This document shows positions 9,847 to 19,334 of a stretch of 64,000 bases of DNA, in pieces. The DNA is from Candidatus Limnocylindrales bacterium (GTDB taxonomy: Bacteria; Chloroflexota; Limnocylindria; Limnocylindrales; CSP1-4): positions 177,416-241,415 of the forward strand of contig JBBRXB010000003.1 of assembly GCA_038248915.1 (NCBI GenBank), given 5' to 3'. Both the position numbers and the translations under genes were made by a program. The stretch's first letter is position 1. Every line of letters begins with the position of its first letter. The notes beneath the pieces are model-generated. The model had not been told where the DNA came from and made no database searches. It was given only the letters and a program-made list of their open reading frames with translations.

Positions 9847-10356
9847 TCAGCGCACCAATTCGGCGGCGAGGAGATCCATCAGCAGGGCGTCGATCCAGGT
9901 GCCATCGGGCATCCGCTCGTACGCTCGCATGACCCCGACCGGGCGGAATCCGACCCGAGCGTAAGCGGCGATCGCATGCGTGTTGGCCACGGCGGGATCG
10001 ATGGTGATCCGGTGATGGCCGCGGTCGTCGATCAGGTGGGCGGCGATCGTCCGGAGCGCGTCCGGCCCGAGACCGCGGCCCTGGGCCGCGGTGCGCAGGA
10101 ACAGATCGACGCTCGCATGCCGGAAATCGGGCTCGTTCTCCTCGGCTGCATGGAGGTAGCCGACCACGACGCCGTCGTGCTCGATCGCGAAGCGCGCCTC
10201 TGCCGGGTCGGGGGCGATCAGGTCGCGCTCCACGCGGGCCAGGTCCCAGGCGCCCCACCAGCGCGCCACGGCGGGTTCGGCCAGGATCTCGGCGAGGGTG
10301 GCGCCGTCGCCGGCACCGAGCGGGCGAAGCGTGATCTGGCGTCCGCGGAGGTCCAT
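9847..10356 (-). CDS. GNAT N-acetyltransferase (AAC(6')-Ib/RimJ-like)
   Basis: VARWW, QGRGLG, IDP...N..AI.AY.RVGF motifs; leaderless TACGCT -10. Confidence 0.85.
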   Translation of the reverse strand: MDLRGRQITLRPLGAGDGATLAEILAEPAVARWWGAWDLARVERDLIAPDPAEARFAIEHDGVVVGYLHAAEENEPDFRHASVDLFLRTAAQGRGLGPDALRTIAAHLIDDRGHHRITIDPAVANTHAIAAYARVGFRPVGVMRAYERMPDGTWIDALLMDLLAAELVR

Positions 10357-10464
10357 GGTACGGAGCGTAATCAAACGCACGAAGCGGTTTCCGACCGAAC
10401 CGATGCCCCTCATCGTTCGTCGTCGGGTGATCGGTCGTGCAGCCCTCGCGGCTACGATGGCTCA

Positions 10465-12507
10465 GTGCCGACACGCGACCCCGACGACCTCCTCGCCGAC
10501 CTCGATCCCGCCCAGCGCAAGGCCGTCACGATCACGTCGGGACCGTTGTGCATCCTGGCGGGTGCGGGGAGCGGCAAGACGCGGGTGATCTCGCGGCGGG
10601 TCGCCTACGCGCTCGCCACGGAGGTCATCCGGCCGCGCGACGTGCTCGTCGTGACGTTCACGGACAAGGCCGCCACGGAGATGGCAAACCGGCTGGCGGC
10701 GCTCGGTCACCGGGGCGTGGCGGCGTCCACGTTCCATGCCGCGGCGCTGCGTCAGCTCCGGCACTTCTGGCCCCGCCTGCACGGCTCGGATCCGCCGTCG
10801 ATCCTCGACTCAAAGGCGCCGATCCTCGCGCCGCTGGCGGCCGGGTTGCCCGGCGGCTATCGATACCTGGCGGTGCGCGACCTGGCCGGCGAGATCGAGT
10901 GGGCCAAGGCCCGACGGATCGGCGCGGCCGAATACGAGGCGCGCGCTGTGGCCGAAGATCGCGACGCGCCGCTGCCACCGGACCTGATGGCCGGACTCTA
11001 TCGGCGCTACGAGACGGCCAAGGCACGGGCTGGCCGGATCGATTTCGAGGACATGCTGGAGCTGACCATCGGGCTGATCGAGCGTGACCAGACGATCGCG
11101 GCCGAGGTGCGAGACCGCTACCGCTGGTTCTCGGTCGATGAATTCCAGGACACGAACCCGCTCCAGGCCGCACTCCTCGACACGTGGCTGGGCGGGCGCG
11201 AGGACCTGGCGGTCGTGGGCGACGAGGACCAGACGATCTACACGTTCACCGGCGCCACGAGTGACTATCTGACGCGGTTCGAGGCCCGGTATCCGGGGGC
11301 GCGCGTCGTCAGCCTGGAGACCAACTACCGCTCGACGCCGGAGGTGCTGGGCCTGGCCAACCGGGTCCTGGCGGCCGGCCGGGTCGCGACCGATGAGCGC
11401 GAGCCAGGGACCGCGCCGCGACCACAGAAACGGCTCGTACGCAGCCTGGCCTCAGGTCCTGCGCCGGAGATCGGCGGGTTCGTCTCGGATGAAGCCGAGC
11501 TGGCCGCGATCACGAGCGCGATCCGCCGGCTGGCTGGGGCCGGGACCGCCCACGGGTCGATGGCGGTCCTGGTTCGGACGAACGCGGTGCTGCCCGCCAT
11601 CGAGAGCGCGCTGGGCGCGGCCGGCATCCCGTTCCATGTCCGCGGCGAACGTTTCTTCGCTCGGCCAGAGGTGCGGCGGGCGGTCAGGGTGGCTGCGTCA
11701 CTCGGCCGAGTCGAGAGCGACGAGCCGCTGGCCCTCCGGTTGGTCGCGGCCTTCGAACGCGAGCTGGGCGTCCGGCGCGACGTGGTTCCCGAGGGCGGCG
11801 TGGCCGGCGAACGGCATGGGGCCGTGGTGACCCTGCTCGAGCTGGCCGACGACCTGGTCCGTGCCGATCCAGCCGCGGGCGTTCCGGCGTTCCTCTCCGA
11901 GGTGGCCCGCCGGACCGCGATCGAGGTCGGTGGCGAGGCGGCCGGCGTCGAGCTGCTCACCTATCACCGCGCCAAGGGCCTCGAGTGGGACGCAGTCTTC
12001 CTGCCGGCGCTCGAGGAAGGCACCCTGCCCATCCGCCAGGCGACCGAGCCGCAGGAGCTCGCCGAGGAACGACGCCTCCTCTACGTCGGGATCACACGGG
12101 CGCGCCGCTATCTGTGGCTGTCCTGGGCGACGTCGCGGGTGGCCGCCTCGGGCCGGGAGGGACGCCGGAGTCGCTCGCGGTTTCTCGATGGGCTCGTGCC
12201 GGCGCCGGCCGGACGAGTCCGGGTGGTGGCGGCCGGCTCGGGATCGGACGCCGGGCGAACCGCAGCGCCGAAGGTCGACCCGGCCGATCGCTCGCCGCTC
12301 TCGAACGCCCTTCGTGCCTGGCGCACGGCCCGTGCCAAGGCCGACGCCGTCGCGCCGTTCATCGTCTTTCATGACACGACCATCGAGGCGATCGCGGCCC
12401 GCCGGCCACGCTCCATGGCAGAGCTCCGCCGGGTCCCGGGCGTCGGCCCGACCAAGCTCGATCGTTACGGCGAGGAGATCGTCGGCGTCGTCGTCCGCGA
12501 GGGTTAG
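10465..12507 (+). CDS. uvrD2: ATP-dependent DNA helicase UvrD2 (SF1A plus HRDC domain)
   Basis: AGAGSGKT, VTFT.KAA, VDEFQDTN, VGDEDQTIY, NYRS, H.AKGLEW, EERRLLYVGITRA; C-terminal HRDC (VPGVGPTKLDRYG). Confidence 0.9.
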   Translation: MPTRDPDDLLADLDPAQRKAVTITSGPLCILAGAGSGKTRVISRRVAYALATEVIRPRDVLVVTFTDKAATEMANRLAALGHRGVAASTFHAAALRQLRHFWPRLHGSDPPSILDSKAPILAPLAAGLPGGYRYLAVRDLAGEIEWAKARRIGAAEYEARAVAEDRDAPLPPDLMAGLYRRYETAKARAGRIDFEDMLELTIGLIERDQTIAAEVRDRYRWFSVDEFQDTNPLQAALLDTWLGGREDLAVVGDEDQTIYTFTGATSDYLTRFEARYPGARVVSLETNYRSTPEVLGLANRVLAAGRVATDEREPGTAPRPQKRLVRSLASGPAPEIGGFVSDEAELAAITSAIRRLAGAGTAHGSMAVLVRTNAVLPAIESALGAAGIPFHVRGERFFARPEVRRAVRVAASLGRVESDEPLALRLVAAFERELGVRRDVVPEGGVAGERHGAVVTLLELADDLVRADPAAGVPAFLSEVARRTAIEVGGEAAGVELLTYHRAKGLEWDAVFLPALEEGTLPIRQATEPQELAEERRLLYVGITRARRYLWLSWATSRVAASGREGRRSRSRFLDGLVPAPAGRVRVVAAGSGSDAGRTAAPKVDPADRSPLSNALRAWRTARAKADAVAPFIVFHDTTIEAIAARRPRSMAELRRVPGVGPTKLDRYGEEIVGVVVREG

Positions 12508-13514
12508 GCTCGGACCTCCTGGCGCATGAACGCCACGTAGGCCAACGCGAAGCAGACGACGGTGAGGGCCACGAGCACGACGACCTGCGGCATGACCAGC
12601 AGCAGACTCTGATCGAAGGTCAGGATGGTCGACGGGATCTGCTGGGCTGCCTGCTGGGCCTGGCCGAGGGAACCCGGCAAGTCCGCCTGCGGATTGCTGC
12701 TCGGGTTGAGCAGCACCTTGGTCACCTCGGCATAGAGCTGCCCGGGCAGCAACCGGGTGATGAATTGTTGGGTCTGCGCCTGGCCGATGATCTGATCCGT
12801 GGTCGTGCCGGTCAACGGCGAGACCGCCTTCGCGATGATCGTGACGATGAGCCCGCCGAAGATCGTCAACACGAACCAGACGCCGAACCCGATCAGGGCC
12901 GACGTCGCGGCTCGACGGACGAGCACCGACAGCAGGAGGCCGAACGCCAGCCAGAGGCCGACGTAGATGAACGTCACGACGATCCAGCCGATGAGCCGGA
13001 CGATCTCGTCGGACGCCGGGACGATCCCGAGCCGCAAGATGCCGAACCCGGAGATGATCCCGACCACGGCCAGCAAGGCGACCGCAATGACCGCCAGGCC
13101 GGCCACGAATTTGCCGTTGATGACATCGTCGCGGTAGATCGGCTGGGCGAGGAGGCGCGGCAGTGTCCCTTCGGAGCGCTCGCCATTGATGGCATCGAAG
13201 GCGAACGCGAGACCCAGCAGCGGCGCGACGATCGTCACGAATGAGTCGACCCTGAGGAACGTGTAGTCCGGCGAGCCGATGGTGAACAACGCCAGGAAGA
13301 CGGCCGGCGTCCCGCTCGCGGCGGGCGCCTGGGTCTTGATGAAGTCAGCCGTGAAATAGAGCGGGATGGAGGCGGCCAGCCCGAGCACGACGAGCAACAC
13401 GATGAACCGAAGGCTCAACAGATGGTCGCCGAGCTCCTTGGCGGCGATGACCCGCCAACCTCCATGGGGGACTCGGAGCGCTGGCCTGGCGGCCGGGACG
13501 GGCGTCGCGCTCAT
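12504..13514 (-). CDS. ABC-2/NosY-type transporter permease
   Basis: FDAINGERSEGTL.RLLAQPIYRDDVINGK; six TMs. Confidence 0.88.
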   Translation of the reverse strand: MSATPVPAARPALRVPHGGWRVIAAKELGDHLLSLRFIVLLVVLGLAASIPLYFTADFIKTQAPAASGTPAVFLALFTIGSPDYTFLRVDSFVTIVAPLLGLAFAFDAINGERSEGTLPRLLAQPIYRDDVINGKFVAGLAVIAVALLAVVGIISGFGILRLGIVPASDEIVRLIGWIVVTFIYVGLWLAFGLLLSVLVRRAATSALIGFGVWFVLTIFGGLIVTIIAKAVSPLTGTTTDQIIGQAQTQQFITRLLPGQLYAEVTKVLLNPSSNPQADLPGSLGQAQQAAQQIPSTILTFDQSLLLVMPQVVVLVALTVVCFALAYVAFMRQEVRA

Positions 13515-14719
13515 GGCTGTCCCTCGTCGGTCTCGGCTGGGCTGTCGGGACGTGACTCCGGAGCCAGCGCAGCGGGTCGGTCCGTCCCGCGAGGTCCGTT
13601 CGTACCGCTCGACCGGTTCGCGCTGGCGCGTCGCTCGCCATCGGGTCGCTTGCTGCCCCGGCGCTTGACCCCCTTGGGTTTGGGCAGTGGCCGCTCGACG
13701 GCGACCCGGTAGATATCGTCGAGGGACGGGACGATCGGCCGGATGGCCGTCAGCCGGAGTCGCTCCCGGACGGCCGCCTCCAGGATGTCCTGGAGGACCT
13801 GGTCCTCCCGGTCGGCTGGACGGACACGGACGCGCCACGACCCGTTGCCGACGCCGGCGGGCTCGACCGACTCGACCGAAGCGATGGCGCGCAGGGTCAC
13901 GGCGGCCCGATCGACGACGGCCTGCGTCGGAAGGTCCAGCCCGACCTCGATGGTGGCGCTCCCGTCGCCGAACGTCCGAGCGAGCTCGTCGATCGTCCCG
14001 ACCCCGATGAGGCGCCCTGCGGCGAAGATCCCGATCCGGTCGCACACCGTCTGGACCTGGCTCAACAGGTGGCTCGACAACATGATCGCGAGCCCGGTCT
14101 CATCGACCAGTCGTCGCAGCAGGTCGAGGATCTCGACAACGCCGATCGGATCGATCGAGGTCGTCGGCTCGTCGAGGATCAGCAGGTCCGGCGATTTGAC
14201 CAGAGCGTCCGCGATGCCGAGCCGCTGTCGCATGCCGCGTGAGTACGCGCTGACCGGGTCATCGGCACGGCTGGTCAACCCGACCTGCTCGAGCACCTGG
14301 TCGATCGACCGGGTGGCCTCCATGCGATCAAGGCCGTTGAGCCGTGCCGTGTAGCGCAGGTTCTCGCGGCCGGTCATCCCCTCATAGAACCCGACGGCAT
14401 CGGGCAGATAGCCGACGCGTCGCTTGACCTCTCGTGGTTCCCAGGCCGGGTCGAGGCCCATGACCGAGGCCTCGCCCTCGGTCGGCTCGGACAGACCCAG
14501 GAGCATCAGGATCGTGGTCGTCTTGCCGGCACCGTTCTGGCCGAGCAATCCGAAGATCTCGCCCGGATACACCTCGAGGTCGAGGCGATCCACGGCGGTC
14601 AGCGAGTCGTAGCGCTTGGTCAGGCGGCGGGTCCGGATGACGGGTTCGGGCCGGTCGCGCTCGGCCGGTCGCTCGGACGGGGCGGTCGCCTCGTGAGGTG
14701 CCGCCTCGACCCCGCTCAT
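13511..14719 (-). CDS. ABC transporter ATP-binding protein
   Basis: GQNGAGKTT, YSRGMRQR, LILDEPT, SSH; ATGA overlaps on both sides. Confidence 0.9.
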   Translation of the reverse strand: MSGVEAAPHEATAPSERPAERDRPEPVIRTRRLTKRYDSLTAVDRLDLEVYPGEIFGLLGQNGAGKTTTILMLLGLSEPTEGEASVMGLDPAWEPREVKRRVGYLPDAVGFYEGMTGRENLRYTARLNGLDRMEATRSIDQVLEQVGLTSRADDPVSAYSRGMRQRLGIADALVKSPDLLILDEPTTSIDPIGVVEILDLLRRLVDETGLAIMLSSHLLSQVQTVCDRIGIFAAGRLIGVGTIDELARTFGDGSATIEVGLDLPTQAVVDRAAVTLRAIASVESVEPAGVGNGSWRVRVRPADREDQVLQDILEAAVRERLRLTAIRPIVPSLDDIYRVAVERPLPKPKGVKRRGSKRPDGERRASANRSSGTNGPRGTDRPAALAPESRPDSPAETDEGQP

Positions 14720-15891
14720 CGGCGGCCGAACCGGCGGAAGGTCAACCACAATCCGACCAGCACGATGACGATCAGCGCGATCCCGATGAAGCCCCAGAAC
14801 GCGGAGGTCTCGACGGTCACCCGGACGTCAGCCGAGGCGCTGGCGACCGGCGCCGAGGCCTTGAACGTCGTCAGGTAGTCGCCCGCGATCGCGTCAGCGG
14901 AGGGCGTCACGTGGGCAACGACCTGGACCTGCTGACCGGCCGGGACGTCCACCGTCGCCGGATCGAACTTGATCGTCCAGCCGGTCGGCGCGGTGGCCGT
15001 GAGCGCTGCCCCGGGGATATCGGCCGTGCCGGTGTTGGATACCGTCAGGGTCAGGTCGCTGGTCGTGCCCGCGGTGCCCTTGAGGTTGAGCGGATGGTCT
15101 CCGGTCGACAGGGTGAGGCTGTAGCTGCCGGTGATCTCGACGCCGAGGTCGGCGTGCGCGGATCGGCTGCCGCTCGTGGCATCGACGCTGATCGGGTACT
15201 GTCCGGCCGGCGTACTGTCGGCGGGCTTGGCGGTAACCGACACGGTGCTGGTGCTGCCGGCCTTGACCACGACGCTGGCGGCCTGTGCGGTGGTCCCGAC
15301 CTGGGCCGTGACGGTCCAGCCGTCCGGGCCGGTCGCGGCGACGCTGAACGGCAGGTCGTCGGGCGTGTCGTTGGTCAGGGTCAGGCTGAAGCTGAAGCTC
15401 GTGTTCGAGGCGCCCTTGAGCTGTGGCGTGTCGGTCGTCAGCGTGACGTCACCGGCGGCGGTCGGCTCGACCCGCATGTCGACGCCCAGGGTCGTCGAAC
15501 CGCCAGACGTCGTCGCCCGGACCTCGATCCGTTGGGTGGTTGCGGTCGCGTCGGCCGGGATGGTCACGTTGAGCGTGACCTTGGTCTCGGCCGAGCCGCC
15601 GGGTGACTGGACGCCGTCGATGGTGAACCCGCCGCCGCGCAGGACCGCGGTCCAGCCGGTGGGTACCTTGCCGACCGCCAGGTCGACCCGGCCGGCCGAA
15701 GCAGTGGACACGGAGATGTCGAAGCTCGGGCTCGAGCCGGGCGCGACGGCCACCGCCGGGAACGGCGTCGTCAGCGTGACCGCGCCGGCAGCGCCGACGG
15801 GGGTGGCGCCGGCGAGGGACGCCAGTCCCAGCAGGGATGCCGCGAGGCCGAGCCTCAGCGTGCGCGATCGAACGGACCTGGCCACGGCCAC
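14716..15891 (-). CDS. Secreted, C-terminally anchored NEW3 (Ig-like) repeat protein, COG1470-like
   Basis: Signal peptide, three beta-rich repeats with P.GW motifs, AIAGDY, C-terminal TM plus RRFGRR; GAGGAGG SD. Confidence 0.82.
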   Translation of the reverse strand: MAVARSVRSRTLRLGLAASLLGLASLAGATPVGAAGAVTLTTPFPAVAVAPGSSPSFDISVSTASAGRVDLAVGKVPTGWTAVLRGGGFTIDGVQSPGGSAETKVTLNVTIPADATATTQRIEVRATTSGGSTTLGVDMRVEPTAAGDVTLTTDTPQLKGASNTSFSFSLTLTNDTPDDLPFSVAATGPDGWTVTAQVGTTAQAASVVVKAGSTSTVSVTAKPADSTPAGQYPISVDATSGSRSAHADLGVEITGSYSLTLSTGDHPLNLKGTAGTTSDLTLTVSNTGTADIPGAALTATAPTGWTIKFDPATVDVPAGQQVQVVAHVTPSADAIAGDYLTTFKASAPVASASADVRVTVETSAFWGFIGIALIVIVLVGLWLTFRRFGRR

Positions 15892-16113
15892 AGAGCCACC
15901 TCCTCATATCGTTCACGGCGGCGTCTGGGGAACGCCGCGGGCGCGGGGCACGCGAGACGCGCGCACCCGGACGGCCGCGAGTTTGACGCCCGGAGGGTGG
16001 AAGAATCAACCAACCTTTGATGAAGAGACCGCAACCTTGGGGTTCCGTGTGCGACGGCGCGGGCCGACGGTCCGCCGCACGGGGCCGAGGGTCGGGGCCG
16101 AGGGTCCGCCGAT

Positions 16114-16370
16114 GGCCAGACATGCGCCCAGTGCCAGGTGGCCACACCGCGCCGGAATCACGGCCAGATATGTGCCCCGAGACTCGTAGGCCAGGAACGT
16201 GGCCCTCCGCGACCCTCCGGGGCGGCGCCGCGCCCCGATCCACGCTCGGATCGATACCGCCATGGCCTGGCAACGGCAGACATCCAGGGCCTACCAGTCA
16301 CCCCATGACTGTCTGGCCAGAAACCGGGCCCCCTGCCGCCGGATATGCGGCGCATGACTAGGTGGCTACG
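16114..16370 (+). repeat. Dispersed intergenic element, copy A (homologous to 24905-25121 on the opposite strand)
   Basis: GGCCAGA[C/T]ATG[C/T]GCC at 16114 and 16162; palindrome CAGTCACCCCATGACTG at 16295; GGATAT-N14-GGTGGCTAC at 16341. Confidence 0.6.
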
Positions 16371-16437
16371 GTCGACCCGGCCAGCGCCATGGGCAAGGTC
16401 CCACGCTGCCGTGAGGTCGGCCCGGACCTTCGGCCGT

Positions 16438-16466
16438 TTGACGAAAGGGCCCCGAGCGGCGATACT
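16438..16466 (+). promoter_or_regulatory. Sigma70-type promoter
   Basis: TTGACG-17 nt-GATACT, about 180 nt upstream of the small Cys-rich ORF. Confidence 0.6.
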
Positions 16467-16645
16467 GCCCAGGTAACCGTCCGACGCGACGAACCGGTTC
16501 GAGCGCCCAAACCCCGCTCCCGGCCCTGCGCGCAGACGCCAGACACAACGTTCCCGGGCGAATGCGCCCGACGACGACACCCCGGCCGCGCAGCCGATCG
16601 CTCATCTCGCGATCACGGCGCGCCAGAAAGCACAAGCACACAACC

Positions 16646-16843
16646 ATGATGTCCCGTTCCGCCACATCGTCCGTCACCGGGCGAGCTTCCGCCATGCGGC
16701 GCATGCGCCGCCGAACCAATGCGGTGAGCGCCAACAGCCGCCTCTTCTGCGGCACCAACGGCTGCCCCAGCTTCCTCGATCTCGACCCCGAGACCGGGGC
16801 GGCGACCTGCCACATCTGCGGGTTCGTTCGCCACATCCACTGA
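16646..16843 (+). CDS. Small basic zinc-ribbon protein (65 aa)
   Basis: Arg-rich N-terminus; CGTNGC...CHIC motifs; high-GC3 codon usage. Confidence 0.65.
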   Translation: MMSRSATSSVTGRASAMRRMRRRTNAVSANSRLFCGTNGCPSFLDLDPETGAATCHICGFVRHIH

Positions 16844-16897
16844 CCCCCATCGCGGGATGACCGTGCGGGCGCTCGTCCGGCCCGGCATCCTGCACAG

Positions 16898-18262
16898 GTG
16901 ACGACGCTCGCGCGACTCGATCGCGACCGCCTCGCCGGGCTGATGGCCATCGAGATGGTCGCCTTCGCCGACGCCCATCCGCGCTCTGCCGCACTCCATC
17001 AGCGCGCGAGCGGCTCGCTCCTCGAGGGCGTGCCGATGCCGTGGATGGTCAAGTGGGCCAGTCCCTTCCCGCCCTATGTCGAGACCGCCTCCGGCGCCCA
17101 CTTCCGGTGCGTCGACGGTCACGACTACGTCGACTTCTGTCTCGGGGACACGGGCGCCATGGCCGGTCACGGGCCCGCGCCGACGATCTCCGCCGTAGAG
17201 CGCCAGATGCGCCGTGGCATCACCCACATGCTCCCGACCGAGGATGCCGCCTGGGTCGGCGAGGAGCTGACCCGACGGTTCGGCGTCGGCGCGTGGCAGT
17301 TCGCCCTGTCGGCGAGCGACGCCAACCGCTGGGTCCTCCGTCTCGCCCGCCTGATCACCGGCCGCTCGAAGATCGCCGTCCACGACCACTGCTACCACGG
17401 CTCGGTCGATGAGGCGATCGCGATGCTCGGCCCGGACGGCGCCGTGGTTCCCGTGCGTGGCTCCGTCGGTCCCCAGGTCGACGTCGCCGAGACGACCCGA
17501 GTCGTCGAGTTCAACGACGTTGCCGGTCTCGAGGCCGCCCTCGCCGACGGCGATGTCGCCGCCGTGCTGTTCGAGCCGGCGTTGACCAATGTCGGCATCG
17601 TCCTGCCCGAGCCCGGCTATCACGAGGCCGTCCGCGAGATCACCCGCCGGACCGGTACCCTGCTCGTCATCGACGAGACCCACACGATCTGCGCCGGGCC
17701 GGGTGGCGCCATCGGCCTCTGGGGCCTGGAGCCGGACATCGTCGTCATCGGCAAGACGATCGGTGGCGGGATCCCGTCGGCGGCCTACGGCTTCAGCCCG
17801 GAGGTCGCGGCGCGTGTCGCCGGTTCGATCGCAGTCGAAGATTCGGATGTCGGCGGGATCGGCGGCACGCTGGCGGGCTATGCGCTGTCACTCGCTGCCA
17901 CGCGCGCGACCCTCGGCGAGGTCCTCACCGCAGACGCCTTCGAGCGGATGATCCCGCTCGCCGAGCACTGGGCGACCGGCGTCAACGGCGTCCTGCGCGA
18001 TGCCACCGTGCCGTGGCACGTCACCAGGCTCGGAGCACGAGCCGAGTACCACTTCGTCCCCGAGCCGCCACGGACCGGCGCAGAGCAGTGGGCCTGCTCG
18101 GATCCGGATCTCGAGCGCTTCCTCCACCTTTGGGCGATGAACCGGCAGGTGCTGATGACGCCGTTCCACAACATGGCGCTCATGTCGCCGGTCACGACCG
18201 AGGCGGATGTCGACCGACACACCGCCGCCTTCGCCGAGGCCATCGAGGCGCTGTTCCCATGA
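16898..18262 (+). CDS. Class III PLP aminotransferase (GSA-aminomutase-like)
   Basis: DGHDYVDF, CYHG, VIDETHT, PLP lysine in GKTIGGG. Confidence 0.88.
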   Translation: MTTLARLDRDRLAGLMAIEMVAFADAHPRSAALHQRASGSLLEGVPMPWMVKWASPFPPYVETASGAHFRCVDGHDYVDFCLGDTGAMAGHGPAPTISAVERQMRRGITHMLPTEDAAWVGEELTRRFGVGAWQFALSASDANRWVLRLARLITGRSKIAVHDHCYHGSVDEAIAMLGPDGAVVPVRGSVGPQVDVAETTRVVEFNDVAGLEAALADGDVAAVLFEPALTNVGIVLPEPGYHEAVREITRRTGTLLVIDETHTICAGPGGAIGLWGLEPDIVVIGKTIGGGIPSAAYGFSPEVAARVAGSIAVEDSDVGGIGGTLAGYALSLAATRATLGEVLTADAFERMIPLAEHWATGVNGVLRDATVPWHVTRLGARAEYHFVPEPPRTGAEQWACSDPDLERFLHLWAMNRQVLMTPFHNMALMSPVTTEADVDRHTAAFAEAIEALFP

Positions 18263-18804
18263 CCGAGCCGACCGATCCGCCGCGCATCCGCCTGCGCGAT
18301 GTGACCCTGGCCGACGCCGACATGATCGACGCCTGGTCGTCGGACCCGGCGCTCGGCGGCGAGTTCAACGATTTCGGGTTGCCGCCCAAGCCCATCGCGC
18401 GGGAGGCGCTCGAACGCGGACCGCTCCGCGACGAGCGCAACGGACAGCTCATCGTCGAGCGGATCGCGGACGATGAGCCACTGGGGACGGTCGGCTGGCA
18501 CATGGTCCGTCACGGACCCAACGACGAGTCCAGCGCCTGGAACTTCGGTATCGAGCTGCTGCCGACCGCCCGGGGCCACGGCTATGGCGTGGAGGCGCAG
18601 GCCCAACTGGCGGTCTTCCTGTTCGCCGAGACATCAGTCAACCGGATCGAGGCGCAGACTGACATCGAGAACATGGCCGAACAGCGAGCCCTCGAAAAAG
18701 CGGGCTTCCGCCGCGAGGGCATCGCGCGTGGCTCGCAGTTTCGCGCCGGCGCGTACCACGACCTCGTGACCTATTCGCGGCTCCGAGACGACGAACCTGG
18801 CTGA
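18259..18804 (+). CDS. GNAT acetyltransferase, RimJ/RimL family
   Basis: ARGHGYG, NRIEA.TD.EN.AEQRALEKAGFRREG; ATGA overlap with the aminotransferase. Confidence 0.88.
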   Translation: MTEPTDPPRIRLRDVTLADADMIDAWSSDPALGGEFNDFGLPPKPIAREALERGPLRDERNGQLIVERIADDEPLGTVGWHMVRHGPNDESSAWNFGIELLPTARGHGYGVEAQAQLAVFLFAETSVNRIEAQTDIENMAEQRALEKAGFRREGIARGSQFRAGAYHDLVTYSRLRDDEPG

Positions 18805-18808
18805 GGGG

Positions 18809-19273
18809 TCAGCCCTCGGGGCCCGCCAGGGCTCGCTCCAGACGCGCGGCTTCGACGGCCGGATCCAGCGATCGACGATGCTGCCGATCCGTCGGTGCCT
18901 CAGCGTTGACCCGCTCGATCGCCCGATTGGCCGCCGCGACGATGGTCCGGAGATCCGCACGAGCGCGCCGATGCGAAAGCGGCGACGTCCGAGGCGCCCG
19001 CTCCAGCAGCGCCTCGAGCGCCGCCAGCTGCCGGCGCGCTTCTTTGTCGGATTCGATCCATGGCGGCACGGCACCCACACTGTGGAGCATGTGGTGGGCC
19101 ATCGCCAACTCGCCCGCCGCCGATTCGTCATCGATCGGGATCCGCTCGCCCTGGTATGGCAGGTCGTCGAAAGCACCGGCGTCCATCGCCTCGCGGATCT
19201 GCCGTTCGACGAGACTCTCCCACGAATGCGCGGTCTGCGGCCGGCCCTCGGCATCGCGTCGGTGCGGACTCAT
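18809..19273 (-). CDS. DUF1992 (DnaJ-related) domain protein
   Basis: VERQIREAMDAGAFDDLPYQG and VPPWIE motifs. Confidence 0.82.
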   Translation of the reverse strand: MSPHRRDAEGRPQTAHSWESLVERQIREAMDAGAFDDLPYQGERIPIDDESAAGELAMAHHMLHSVGAVPPWIESDKEARRQLAALEALLERAPRTSPLSHRRARADLRTIVAAANRAIERVNAEAPTDRQHRRSLDPAVEAARLERALAGPEG

Positions 19274-19334
19274 GGCCGCATGCTACCCCGACCGTGACAG
19301 GCGAGCTGACACGCTTCGCTGCTACGGTTCGCAC

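Noticed and set aside
9847-10356. Acquired aminoglycoside resistance gene
   Set aside because: AAC(6')-like GNAT, but host-like composition, native leaderless start and no integron or IS context; substrate cannot be inferred
16898-18262. hemL gene symbol
   Set aside because: HemL-specific motifs (e.g. PGGVNSPVRAF, SGTEA) are absent
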